From Promethearchaeia archaeon (GTDB lineage: Archaea > Asgardarchaeota > Lokiarchaeia > Sigyniarchaeales > SOKP01), in assembly GCA_029856155.1 (NCBI GenBank), contig JAHQWL010000023.1, positions 128,001 through 192,000 of the forward strand: a stretch of DNA of 64,000 nt, in the 5' to 3' direction. Numbering within the stretch: the first letter of the stretch is position 1; every line of letters begins with the position of its first letter. The notes below the pieces were generated by a model. That model was not told the origin of the DNA and searched no databases. It saw only the letters and a program-made list of their open reading frames with translations. This document shows positions 32,070-42,196 of the stretch, piece after piece. The translations under genes were made by a program, and so were the position numbers.

Positions 32070-32786
32070 TTATATTAATTTAGACAAAAATTCTTCTACT
32101 TCTTGTTTATTACACATATGAAACTGTTTTGTTTCACCTTTAATATATGCCATTCGGATATTCTCTTTTGTTGCTTCTTCATCTATCGAGTTTTTTAGAG
32201 CATTTAGAGCTAAATTAATGATTTCTTCAAATGGCATTTCTTCTTTATAATTTTCAATAAGATATTCTCTGGTAGAAGCTTCTCCAGTCCCTATAGCATA
32301 TGCTTTAAATGAACGATATATCCCACTAGGTGATGTTGTGAAAATTTGTGTTCCTCCAGCATCGATTCCGATGAAAAAAAGTGCACAACCAAATGGTCTT
32401 ATACCCCCATATTGAGTATACATTTGTTTCATATCCGCAATTGCTTTTGCTAACATATTCAAGCGAACAGGCTCATCATATGTTAATCTAAATGATTGTG
32501 CTTGAACTCTTGCATAATTTATAAGAGCACGGGAATCAGCATGAAGACCAGAAATTGCTACTCCAATATGATCATCTACTTGGAAAAGTTTGTCAATTGA
32601 ATCAGCATCCATCAATATTGATGGTATTTTTATTTGAGCTGCTAGACACACATCTTCTTTAGATTTTATGGCAACCGCGAGAGTTCCTCGCCTCACTGCC
32701 TCTAAAGCATATTCTACCTGAAAAAGCCGCCCTTCTGGCGAAAAGACAGTAAGAGCACGGTCATATTTGGGGGCTGCTCCAAACAT
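32070..32786 (-). CDS. psmA: Proteasome subunit alpha
   Basis: YDRALTVFSPEGRLFQVEYALEAV, SGLHAD, TQYGGIRPFG. Confidence 0.97.
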   Translation of the reverse strand: MFGAAPKYDRALTVFSPEGRLFQVEYALEAVRRGTLAVAIKSKEDVCLAAQIKIPSILMDADSIDKLFQVDDHIGVAISGLHADSRALINYARVQAQSFRLTYDEPVRLNMLAKAIADMKQMYTQYGGIRPFGCALFFIGIDAGGTQIFTTSPSGIYRSFKAYAIGTGEASTREYLIENYKEEMPFEEIINLALNALKNSIDEEATKENIRMAYIKGETKQFHMCNKQEVEEFLSKLI

Positions 32787-32868
32787 TTAATTTACCTATT
32801 ATTATTTTATTTTATATCTTTAAAATTTACAACTAAATTTTAATTTATGGTTTATAACAAATAAAAAG

Positions 32869-33432
32869 TTAGATCTTTTGAGTCCTCTCTAAAATAGCAA
32901 GTGTTACATCTTTGAACACAGGAGAGACTTTAAGATCATTCTTGGCGCTTGTCTCATAATATGCTATTGCCTTAAGTTCTTCCTTTAATGCTTCCCCTTC
33001 CCCTTCTCCAACTTCTCTATTCCCTTGTTCGGCCAAATCAGTTTTATTTCCTACTAAAATACTTGGTTTGCCATCCCCAATTACCTTTTCAACTTCTGCT
33101 TTCCAATTTAAAATATTCTGAAATGAACTTCTTCGCGTAAGGTCGAATGTATATATAGTCGCACTACTCCCTCTATAAAAAGGAGGCCTTACAAAACTAA
33201 AATGCTTCTGTCCTGCGAGATCCCATAGTTGAAGTCGAATTAGATAGTTTGGATATTTGTCTAAATTTATTTGTTTTGTTGAAAAGTTGGATCCGATCGT
33301 CATAATATAATTTTCTTTGAACGAGTTTTCACAGTAGCGGAGGACCATAGATGTTTTACCTACGCCGCCATCTCCTACAACACATATCTTGTAGATGAAG
33401 CTTTTTGCAGCAGCCATTTGATCTTGCACCAA
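32869..33432 (-). CDS. Rab-like small GTPase
   Basis: GDGGVGKT, TIG, WDLAGQ, NKTD, ETSAK; no C-terminal Cys. Confidence 0.95.
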   Translation of the reverse strand: MVQDQMAAAKSFIYKICVVGDGGVGKTSMVLRYCENSFKENYIMTIGSNFSTKQINLDKYPNYLIRLQLWDLAGQKHFSFVRPPFYRGSSATIYTFDLTRRSSFQNILNWKAEVEKVIGDGKPSILVGNKTDLAEQGNREVGEGEGEALKEELKAIAYYETSAKNDLKVSPVFKDVTLAILERTQKI

Positions 33433-33711
33433 ATTGTTTAAAAAGGATTATAAAACTAATTTATAATTTACTAATAACTTAAGATATTAAGTGAAATGTT
33501 GATCTTTCTTAATTTCTTATATTTTTTTTATATTATTATATTATATTGAATAAATAAAAATAATCGTTATTAATTTTTTTTTTTAGATTCACTTTTTAGG
33601 GATAATATACAAATGAGTGATTTAGATCAAAAAAATAAATTTTATGGAAAAGAAATCCTATAATAAAAATCATTGTTGATTAATCCTATGAATTATTTAG
33701 AACATAAGAAC

Positions 33712-34557
33712 TTACCTTCCTATAAACGTTGGATCCCTTTTTTCTTTTAAAGCTCTTAAAGATTCTCCAAAATCTTTAGATTGAATTGTTTTGGTCCACA
33801 TTTTGTTTTCTAAATCTAATTGTTTTTCTAAAATATCCCTAAAATAGGTATGGATTGATTTTTTCATTAATTTAATTGAAAGAGATGGACCCTTAGGGGG
33901 AATAAGCCTTAAAGCTTGATCTCTTGCATATGACATTAATTCTTCTTTCGGTAATACTTTATTAACGAGCCCTAATCTTTCCGCGTCTTGTGCTGTCAAC
34001 CGATCACCAAAATAAAATAGTTCTTTGGCTTTATGTATGCCTATCATGAAAGGTAAAAGAACTGAAGTGGCAAAATCAGGCATAACAGCTCTTTTTATAA
34101 AAAATAACGCCCACCATGCGTCCTCAGCCATATAGACTAAATCTGAACAAATTACAGGAAGTGTAAATCCACCACCTACAGCAAAACCATTAATCACAGA
34201 TATAACTGGTTTTGGAAAATCCCAAAATTTGAGACACAACCTTTTCGATGCCATATCTCTTAAATTGATCTCTTCTATATATTGTTCAGGTATATCTTTC
34301 AACATCTCTTCTGAAAAATAACCTCCTGAAGAAAAAGCTCCTGCTTCTTCGCACCCCGTTAATATTAATACTTTAACATCTTTATCCTTTTCAGCATGAT
34401 CCACGGCATACCAAAGTTCTAAAAGACCTAATGGAGAGAGAGCATTCTTTTTTGCTGGCCAGTTTAATATAACTGTTAATATTCCGTTTTCTTCTTTTTG
34501 ATATTTAATTTGCTTAAATTCTTCAACTAACATTAATACAATAAAATCAAAAGACAA
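33712..34557 (-). CDS. Enoyl-CoA hydratase/isomerase family protein
   Basis: KKNAL, AFSSGG, NGFAVGGG, EKRDPTFIGR; true start may be 34533. Confidence 0.9.
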   Translation of the reverse strand: MSFDFIVLMLVEEFKQIKYQKEENGILTVILNWPAKKNALSPLGLLELWYAVDHAEKDKDVKVLILTGCEEAGAFSSGGYFSEEMLKDIPEQYIEEINLRDMASKRLCLKFWDFPKPVISVINGFAVGGGFTLPVICSDLVYMAEDAWWALFFIKRAVMPDFATSVLLPFMIGIHKAKELFYFGDRLTAQDAERLGLVNKVLPKEELMSYARDQALRLIPPKGPSLSIKLMKKSIHTYFRDILEKQLDLENKMWTKTIQSKDFGESLRALKEKRDPTFIGR

Positions 34558-34627
34558 TAAAACATTTTATAAAGAAATTTAATCGTAATCTTTTTTTAAC
34601 TTATAGCCTCAAAAATATTAATAGACG

Positions 34628-35404
34628 ATGTTATTAGTAGAAAAAATTGAAAAATTAGCAAACTTAATCCTTGACTCAAATAATATAGTAGCATTGACAG
34701 GAGCGGGGATGTCCACTGAAAGTGGAATTGCAGATTTTCGGTCGCCGGGAACTGGTTTATGGGAAAAAGTAGATCCTTATGAATTTGCTTCGATTCATTC
34801 TTATGTAGCTAATCCGAATAAAAATTTGGAATTTATGTTAGAGACCGGAAAAGCAATTTTTAGAGCAAGACCAAATAAAGGGCATAAAGCTTTAACTAGG
34901 CTTCAAAAATTAGGAAAATTAAAAGGAGTTCTTACTCAGAATATTGATAGATTACACCATAAAGCAAGAACGAAAAACATTGTAGAATTACATGGAAATG
35001 CATATGAAGCAAAATGTATGACTTGTGGACATGTTTATGAAATAACAGTTATGGTTAATCAAGTTATGAAAGGAAATTATTCGCCTTCTTGTGAAAAATG
35101 CAGAGGAATGTTAAAACCAAATGCAATTTTTTTCGGGGAACCACTTGAGTCAAAAACACTCGAAGCCGCAGATAAAATGATTGTAGATTGTGACTTATTA
35201 TTGGTGCTTGGAAGTAGCTTGGTTGTATATCCTGTTGCTTTTTATCCACAAAAAATTCTTTCATTTGGCGCAAAATTAGCAATTATCAATATTCAAGAAA
35301 CTGATATGGATGCAGCTGCTGAGGTTGTCATCCATGAAAAAATAGGGGACATATTCCCAGAAGTAGTTAAAATTGTAGAAAATCAAATAATAAAAAACAA
35401 ATAA
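34628..35404 (+). CDS. cobB: Sir2-family NAD-dependent protein deacylase
   Basis: GAGMSTESGIADFR, TQNIDRLH, ELHG, two CxxC, GSSLVVYP. Confidence 0.95.
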   Translation: MLLVEKIEKLANLILDSNNIVALTGAGMSTESGIADFRSPGTGLWEKVDPYEFASIHSYVANPNKNLEFMLETGKAIFRARPNKGHKALTRLQKLGKLKGVLTQNIDRLHHKARTKNIVELHGNAYEAKCMTCGHVYEITVMVNQVMKGNYSPSCEKCRGMLKPNAIFFGEPLESKTLEAADKMIVDCDLLLVLGSSLVVYPVAFYPQKILSFGAKLAIINIQETDMDAAAEVVIHEKIGDIFPEVVKIVENQIIKNK

Positions 35405-35432
35405 AATAAGAAAAAAATAATTAATTAAAATA

Positions 35433-37148
35433 TTAGCCAGATCTTAAAACTTTTTTATCAATTTTTCCAATAACGGTAAGCGGAAGCTCTTCTGAAAATT
35501 GAATTAACTTTGGAACTTCATATGGCGCTAAGTTGGCTTTTGAAAATTTTAATATATCGTCCTTTAATGCGTCCTTATTTCCATCGAATTCAAAATCTGA
35601 GTTAATTTGGATAAATGCTTTAACGATTTCAGATCCAGGTCTATCAGGGTTAGGGATTCCAATTAATGCGACCATCCCAATTGCCGGATGTTTTGCTAAT
35701 GTATCTTCAACTTTTGCTGAAAAAACCTTAAAACCTCCAACAATAATCATGTCTTTTGTACGATCAACAATTCGAATATAACCATCTTCATCCATTATAC
35801 CAACATCACCAGTGTGCATATATCCGTCTTTATCTATAGCTTTAGTAGTTTCTTCTGGTTTATTATAATAACCTCGCATAACTAATGGACCATTTACGCA
35901 AATTTCTCCGGGTTCTCCTAATGGAACTACTTCATTGGTTTCAGGATTAACGATCTTTAAATCTACATTTAAGATTGGCAGACCTACTGTACCCAGTTTT
36001 TTCTTACCAATGGAAGGATTCATTGTAGCCACCGGGCTCAGTTCAGTCATTCCATAAAGTTCTAACAGTTTACCTTTACCTACTATGCTTTCCAAAGCTT
36101 CTTGAGATTCTTTTGGAAATGGAGCAGCTGCGGAGATACACAATCTTAAATTTGAATGATCTAATCTTTTAAATTTGCGAAAATTGATTAAAATTTGATA
36201 TAAGGAAGGTACATTTACTAGCATGGTTGGTTTATACTTCTTCATTTCATTACAAATATGGAGTGCATCACGAGGATTAGCAATAATAATTTGACTCATT
36301 CCATTAAAAAGAGCACCTTGACACACTGTTAAACCAGCAATATGGAATATAGGAAATCCTGATAATAAAACTCCCTTTCCTTGTTCCCATTGAAGCCAGG
36401 CAATAATACCTTTCATATTTGAAACATAATTTCTATGACTTAACATTGCACCTTTAGGTGGACCTGTTGTGCCGCCAGTATATTGAATCCAACCAATATC
36501 ATCGGGGGATATATCAACTTTAGGTAAATCAGCAGAAAATTTAGTTAATACATCATCTTGGAAATTATAAACAGTTTTTCCCTCTAATGGAGTGACTTCA
36601 CCAGAAGGGATTTCCTGAACGGCTTTAATTTTTGCTTGATCTTCTTTAGAAAATGAACCGATTACGCTAGTTGCTACTACAACTTTCAGCTGTGGTAATT
36701 TATCAGCAATTTTTGTCAACCTATGTTGAAAAATAGCATCTAGAGTGACTAAAGCAACATTTTTACCTCCTTTTCCAAGATCATCCAATTGGTAATGCAT
36801 TTGAACATCAGACATTAAAGGGCTGACTCCTGAAACAATACATCCCGCTTTAAGTGTACCTAAAACAGAATATACATATTCAGGAATATTTGCTAAATTA
36901 ATTCCAACTGCATCTCCTTTTTGAAATCCATTTTCAATCAACATATTAGCAAATTGATTAGAATATCTATCTACCTCACCAAAACTGATTTCTAATCCCT
37001 GATAAGCAAGTGCCATTTTATCAGAAAATTTTTCAAATATTATTCTTATCATTTCTGGATAAGTAGTTTCAAAATCTTTTGGAGGAATGTCTTCCAAACC
37101 AGAATCCCATTTAGCCTTCCAAAAGCGACTTTCGTATGGATTTGACAT
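35433..37148 (-). CDS. Long-chain fatty acid-CoA ligase
   Basis: QYTGGTTGPPKG, YGMTE, HTGDVG, LPLTVIGKIDK; probable start MSNPY. Confidence 0.92.
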   Translation of the reverse strand: MSNPYESRFWKAKWDSGLEDIPPKDFETTYPEMIRIIFEKFSDKMALAYQGLEISFGEVDRYSNQFANMLIENGFQKGDAVGINLANIPEYVYSVLGTLKAGCIVSGVSPLMSDVQMHYQLDDLGKGGKNVALVTLDAIFQHRLTKIADKLPQLKVVVATSVIGSFSKEDQAKIKAVQEIPSGEVTPLEGKTVYNFQDDVLTKFSADLPKVDISPDDIGWIQYTGGTTGPPKGAMLSHRNYVSNMKGIIAWLQWEQGKGVLLSGFPIFHIAGLTVCQGALFNGMSQIIIANPRDALHICNEMKKYKPTMLVNVPSLYQILINFRKFKRLDHSNLRLCISAAAPFPKESQEALESIVGKGKLLELYGMTELSPVATMNPSIGKKKLGTVGLPILNVDLKIVNPETNEVVPLGEPGEICVNGPLVMRGYYNKPEETTKAIDKDGYMHTGDVGIMDEDGYIRIVDRTKDMIIVGGFKVFSAKVEDTLAKHPAIGMVALIGIPNPDRPGSEIVKAFIQINSDFEFDGNKDALKDDILKFSKANLAPYEVPKLIQFSEELPLTVIGKIDKKVLRSG

Positions 37149-37412
37149 TTTTTTATTCACATTTTCCTTTTGTTTAATACAATTCAAAATCGAATTGTGA
37201 TATTAAATAAGCTACATTTTATTAAAAAAGTTTATTAAAATTAGCTTTTTTTTTCAATCTTAATAAAATTTTTAGAAAATCATTATAATATCTAGAGAAA
37301 AGAGAATATAGAAATTAACTTACAATAAAATTCAAAAATAATAGTAAAAAAAAATCGAAAAAAAAAAAAATAATTATCTCCTTAACGCTGAAACTTATTA
37401 CATTAATCTTGA

Positions 37413-39128
37413 TTACGATTTTCTCAATAACTTCTTGTCTACTTTTCCAACCACGGTTAGTGGGAGTTCATCAGTAAATTCAATGATTTTTGGAACTTCG
37501 TATGGTGAACAATTTTCTGTTGCAAATGCAATTATGTTTTCTTTTAATGCTTTTTCGTCTCCCTCGAATTCATAATCAGGTGCTATCTGTATTATAGCTT
37601 TTACAATTTCGGAACCGGGCCTATCTGGATTTGGAACGCCGATAGTAGCTACCATTTCAATAGCGGGATGCTTAGTTAAAGTATCTTCTAATTTTGCGGA
37701 AAATACCTTAAAACCTCCTACTATAATCATATCTTTGGTTCGATCAGCTATTCTTACATAGCCTTCTTCATCCATTATTCCAACATCTCCAGTATGCATG
37801 AATCCATCAGAATCAATAGCTTTTTTCGTTTCTTCTGGTTTATTATGGTAACCTTCCATAACCATTGGGCCTTTTACACAGATTTCTCCGGCTTCACCTA
37901 GAGGTACTTCACGACCAGTATCTGGATCCACTAACTTGAAATCAACATTTGGGAATGGTAAACCAATATGTCCTAATTTCTTCTTTCCCCTTGAAGGATT
38001 ACCCACTGTTAATGGTGAAGTTTCAGTCATTCCATAAAGTTCTATTATCTTTCCTTTACCAATAACATCTTCAAATATCTCTTGTGATTCTTTTGGAAAC
38101 GGAGCTGCAGCCGATATTGCATAGTTAATCATATCTTTATCAATTTTTTTGAATTTAGGGTTTTTTATAATCAGTTGATACAATGTAGGCACGTTTGCCA
38201 AGACTGTGGGCCTATATTTTAACATTTCTTTTATCATATGGTTAGTATCTCTTGGATTTGGGATTAAAATCTGACTCCAACCTAACATTATTACATTCGC
38301 GCAAGTAAATAATCCTGCTATATGGAAGAATGGAAATCCCGATAATCCAAAACCCGCTCCAAATTCCCAACTAAGCCAGTGCTGGAATATTTTTATATCA
38401 GCAACGAAATTTCTATGGCTCAGTTTTGCGCCTTTTGGAGGACCAGTTGTTCCTCCTGTATATTGAATAAATATAATATCATCTGGAGTTATTTTAACAT
38501 TAGGAAGTTCATCAGAATACTTTCCTTTAACATCTTTATGATATTCAAGCACAATTTTTCCTTCTAGCGGTGTCACTTTTCCTTTTGGGATTTTTCCTGC
38601 CAATTTTCCAAGCTTAGCTAACATTTTTGGCATAAAGCCACCCACGCTTGTAGTAATAATTAATTTTAATGATGGAAGCTTTGTATAAATTTTTGTAATA
38701 TGTCCCGCAAATATTGCATCCAAAGTGAGAAGTGCTACTTTTTTTCCTCCAGAACCTAAATCATTTAGTTGATATTGTATCTGAACGGTTGAGAGTAGTG
38801 GTGAAACACCAGAAACAATTATCCCGGTCTTCATTGCACCCAGAACTCCAATGATATATTCAGGAATATTAGCAACATTTACTCCTAAAACGTCCCCTTT
38901 TTTCATTCCATTTTCAATAAGCATATGAGCAAATTCATTAGATAACTTATCCAATTCTCCGTAAGAAATTTCCGTTCCATAAAAACCAAAAGCTAATTTA
39001 TCAGGAAGTTCTTCAAAAGTTCTCCGTATTGCTTCAGTGAAAGAGGTTTCGAACTCTTGGGGATTTAAATCTTTAACATGTGAATCCCAGTTTGCTTTCC
39101 AATGCTTATCTTTATAATTTTTTGACAT
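37413..39128 (-). CDS. Long-chain fatty acid-CoA ligase (tandem paralog)
   Basis: QYTGGTTGPPKG, YGMTET, HTGDVG, LPLTVVGKVDK. Confidence 0.92.
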   Translation of the reverse strand: MSKNYKDKHWKANWDSHVKDLNPQEFETSFTEAIRRTFEELPDKLAFGFYGTEISYGELDKLSNEFAHMLIENGMKKGDVLGVNVANIPEYIIGVLGAMKTGIIVSGVSPLLSTVQIQYQLNDLGSGGKKVALLTLDAIFAGHITKIYTKLPSLKLIITTSVGGFMPKMLAKLGKLAGKIPKGKVTPLEGKIVLEYHKDVKGKYSDELPNVKITPDDIIFIQYTGGTTGPPKGAKLSHRNFVADIKIFQHWLSWEFGAGFGLSGFPFFHIAGLFTCANVIMLGWSQILIPNPRDTNHMIKEMLKYRPTVLANVPTLYQLIIKNPKFKKIDKDMINYAISAAAPFPKESQEIFEDVIGKGKIIELYGMTETSPLTVGNPSRGKKKLGHIGLPFPNVDFKLVDPDTGREVPLGEAGEICVKGPMVMEGYHNKPEETKKAIDSDGFMHTGDVGIMDEEGYVRIADRTKDMIIVGGFKVFSAKLEDTLTKHPAIEMVATIGVPNPDRPGSEIVKAIIQIAPDYEFEGDEKALKENIIAFATENCSPYEVPKIIEFTDELPLTVVGKVDKKLLRKS

Positions 39129-39433
39129 TTCTATCCAATCCTTTTTTATTTTTAAAATTTTAAAATTATAAGATTCATATTATACATTACTAATTATAAA
39201 GTTTGATTTTAGTCATCCTCTATATTTCCAGATATGCATAAATGTACATATTCAATTTGTCGCCCACAAGATATATTCAAAAATTTAATATACTCTATTT
39301 TTACTTTTAATCTCCCCTCTCTGTCTCCATGAAACAATGTTTCTTTTAAAAGAACACTTTTTCTTGAAAACAGAAATGATATTACTATACTAAGGAGAAA
39401 TTGCATGTATTTTAGAAAATTGTCGGTGTATCT

Positions 39434-40234
39434 TTGTTTTATTTTGAAGAATCCTTATCCCATGTGATGACATTCGAAGAATCGTTACTCTCATATGACG
39501 ATGGATTTAAGGTGTTTAAAAGGAACAATCACTTACCACTCATTTCAAGCGGGGATAGCACACTAGACAAGTTGCTTTCTGGGGGATTTCACCGAGATTT
39601 AGTGTATTTGCTCTATGGAGATAAGAAACTAACGACTAATATTTTATTAACAACGGCGGTTATTGCCCAAAAAGCTTTTAATAATGGAGGTTTTGGAGAA
39701 AATATTAGGGTTGCCTTCATCGATGGAAACAATCGTTTTAACCCCTATAATGTAAGCAAGTTCGCGGTTTCACAGAATTTATCTCCTCGGAAAGTACTAG
39801 AAAACATTCTTATTTCACGAGCGTTTACTTGGGATCAAATGGTTGAAATTTTGGAGAACAGGCTTTCCATGCTTGAAGATGTGAAAGTTGTATTAATTTC
39901 AGGGATTACAACAATGTTTGAGGGCTATGAGAAACAGACTTTCGAAGATTTACTAAGAACAATAGATGGAATCAAACAAATACTCTGTAAGACAAAACCT
40001 CTCATTATTATAACGGCACCTTTACACGAACATTCCCTTTTCAGACCAAAGGGGGGAAAAATTCTATCGCATTTTGGAAATGTATTAGTGATGATAAATG
40101 ACGATGAAAGATTTAGCGAATATGTTTTAGTACAGCACCCTTACTTGCCTGAAAAAAGGTTGCGAAAGTGGAAAACCCGTGCACCCAAGAAAAAAGTGCC
40201 TTTAAAGAATGCGACGATAGATTACTGGTTTTAA
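39434..40234 (+). CDS. Inactivated RadA/RecA-fold protein (iRadA, ImuA-like)
   Basis: SSGDSTLDKLLSGG, degenerate Walker A (YGDKKLTT) and Walker B (VLISGI), FIDGNNRFNP, ISRAFT; start may be 39467. Confidence 0.85.
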   Translation: MFYFEESLSHVMTFEESLLSYDDGFKVFKRNNHLPLISSGDSTLDKLLSGGFHRDLVYLLYGDKKLTTNILLTTAVIAQKAFNNGGFGENIRVAFIDGNNRFNPYNVSKFAVSQNLSPRKVLENILISRAFTWDQMVEILENRLSMLEDVKVVLISGITTMFEGYEKQTFEDLLRTIDGIKQILCKTKPLIIITAPLHEHSLFRPKGGKILSHFGNVLVMINDDERFSEYVLVQHPYLPEKRLRKWKTRAPKKKVPLKNATIDYWF

Positions 40235-40239
40235 CTATA

Positions 40240-40662
40240 TCACCAAAAGGCTTTTTCAAATTTATCTATGGTGTCCTGTAAACTATCTTTAATATGATTT
40301 TCGAAATCAGCAAAGATACTTATATCATTATCCCAATTATTAAACATTTCTTTTGGATATAAAATAAAGAATTTATCTACAATCCTTTTAATTTCTTCAT
40401 TTACTTTTTTCTCCTTAGTTTTTTTCGAAGAATTTACAATAAATAATATTCCATGGTGTTTCGTAATAATATATTTTTTATCTTTTAGCTCAAAATTAGA
40501 TAAACCTCCTCTTTCTAATTCTTCTGCCAATAGATTCAACGCAGACATTAATGCTCCAAATAATTGTTCATCTACTTTTTTATCAAAAACACGGTGATAT
40601 AAGACAGCTCCAGCATCATTTAATATCCAAATATCTTGTATTACTTTTTCCATAGAAATCAC
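40240..40662 (-). CDS. Longin/roadblock-like small protein
   Basis: IWILNDAGAVLYHR, QLFGALMSAL, then beta hairpins and a helix; pattern typical of Asgard longin-like domains. Confidence 0.7.
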   Translation of the reverse strand: MISMEKVIQDIWILNDAGAVLYHRVFDKKVDEQLFGALMSALNLLAEELERGGLSNFELKDKKYIITKHHGILFIVNSSKKTKEKKVNEEIKRIVDKFFILYPKEMFNNWDNDISIFADFENHIKDSLQDTIDKFEKAFW

Positions 40663-40752
40663 AATTCAATAAATACTCATTAACTTTAAAGTTAATTAAG
40701 AAAAAATAAATATAAAATATTTAATGTTTAGTTTTTAAAAAAGTAATATTTA

Positions 40753-41487
40753 TTATTCACTAGATTTTGGTCTAATATATCCATAATATGCTCCAAAAAT
40801 TCCGACTATGGCAGAAATCCACGCCAGATAATAAAATACGGTAAAACCAAGGCTACCTAAAAAGATAAATACTCTATCGACTGCAAAATTGAGAAATATC
40901 AACATAAAACTAAAGGACATAATTGCTAATGATAAAAATGCTTGTTTATAGGTTTTCTCATCTACTGCTCGATAAGATTCTATTGATCTTCTTAGAAATG
41001 GGGCGTAGACCATAACCATATATATAAAAACTATTAAGAACGCAATAATGTCTAATAATGTATTACCGTATTCATAGATGATTAAAACGTATACACAAGC
41101 AAATATTCCGTATACTATTGTGATATATTTTTGAAGGGCATTATATCCCTTTTCAAATACATTCACTTTTAATATATAGGATAAGAAAATAGCAACAGTC
41201 ACGAAGAATTCGCTTATTCTAAAATCAGTTATTATATTGTACATCCAAGCAATAATAGAACCATCTTGTACAACATTCAACTGTGAAACTACAAATACTT
41301 TTGATGTCCAAGAAAATAAAATTGCTAGAAAATAGTTTAGGAAAATTATTAAAAGCAACCGAGTGAGTTTATGACGCTTAATGAAGTACTTTTTTAATAT
41401 AAGTATTAGTAAAACACCAGCAAATATGATTATAAAAAGTTCAAAGATCATACCAATAAAATTTAGAAGAATAATTAATTCAACCAT
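40753..41487 (-). CDS. Stand-alone ~7TM membrane protein
   Basis: Seven hydrophobic segments counted from the probable start MVELII; no soluble domain. Confidence 0.7.
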   Translation of the reverse strand: MVELIILLNFIGMIFELFIIIFAGVLLILILKKYFIKRHKLTRLLLIIFLNYFLAILFSWTSKVFVVSQLNVVQDGSIIAWMYNIITDFRISEFFVTVAIFLSYILKVNVFEKGYNALQKYITIVYGIFACVYVLIIYEYGNTLLDIIAFLIVFIYMVMVYAPFLRRSIESYRAVDEKTYKQAFLSLAIMSFSFMLIFLNFAVDRVFIFLGSLGFTVFYYLAWISAIVGIFGAYYGYIRPKSSE

Positions 41488-41730
41488 AATAAATAAATAT
41501 GCACTCCATTTAATATATAAAGTTTTATTTTTAGAAATACAGAATAGCTTTATTAATAAACTAAAATCCCGAGTGTTCCTTATCATTATATACCTTATAG
41601 CTTATCAAGTTAATAGTATCTGTTTTAAAATCGAAATTGTTCAATATTTAAATGTGAATAGCTTTTAAGTAATGTGAAATATTTTTATATAATCTATTGA
41701 AAAAACGAATTTTCTTAGAAGTGAAGAATT

Positions 41731-42099
41731 ATGGACATGAAGGTTTTTAAAAAAACTTTTAAATTTATCTGCGGTGAATGTGGTAATTTTTCGACAACAC
41801 AAACGGAATATTGTGAGAAATGCGGAGCAAATGCTGTGAGGCAAGCAACACACGAAGATTATTCAAAACGTGAAAAAGAGGGGAAAGCCGGGATCGCTGA
41901 GAGGAGAACTAAGATGAGAGCTGAGGATAAAGCTGAGAAAGCAGAGGAGAAAGCAGAGGATAAAGCTGAGAAAGCAGAGAAAGCAGAGAAGAGAGCTGAG
42001 GAGAAAGCTGAGAAAGCAGAGAAGAGAGCTGAGGAGAAAGCTGAGAAAGCAGAGAAGAGAGCTGAGGAGAAAGCAGAGAAGAAAGCAGAAGAAACTTAG
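41731..42099 (+). CDS. Zn-ribbon protein with low-complexity E/K/A tail
   Basis: CGECG..YCEKCG followed by (AEEKAEKAEKR)n. Confidence 0.75.
   Translation: MDMKVFKKTFKFICGECGNFSTTQTEYCEKCGANAVRQATHEDYSKREKEGKAGIAERRTKMRAEDKAEKAEEKAEDKAEKAEKAEKRAEEKAEKAEKRAEEKAEKAEKRAEEKAEKKAEET
41915..42095 (+). repeat. Purine-rich coding minisatellite (33-bp unit x3 plus 9/12-bp subunits)
   Basis: GAGAAAGCAGAGAAGAGAGCTGAGGAGAAAGC starts at 41977, 42010 and 42043. Confidence 0.9.
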
Positions 42100-42196
42100 T
42101 TATTTTGATATCGCATTTGAACTTATTTTTTGTATGATCTGTGATAGTTTAGATATTTTAAGAGGATTAATCATCTATAAATTTACTTAAAAAAAC

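Noticed and set aside
39209-39406. 65-aa minus-strand ORF
   Set aside because: No motif, and it overlaps the probable iRadA promoter region
39441-39500. Imperfect ~30-bp duplication at the iRadA start (FEESLS/FEESLL)
   Set aside because: Short and degenerate; it only makes the start codon ambiguous
41915-42095. 33-bp repeat as a CRISPR array
   Set aside because: No unique spacers; low-complexity coding repeat
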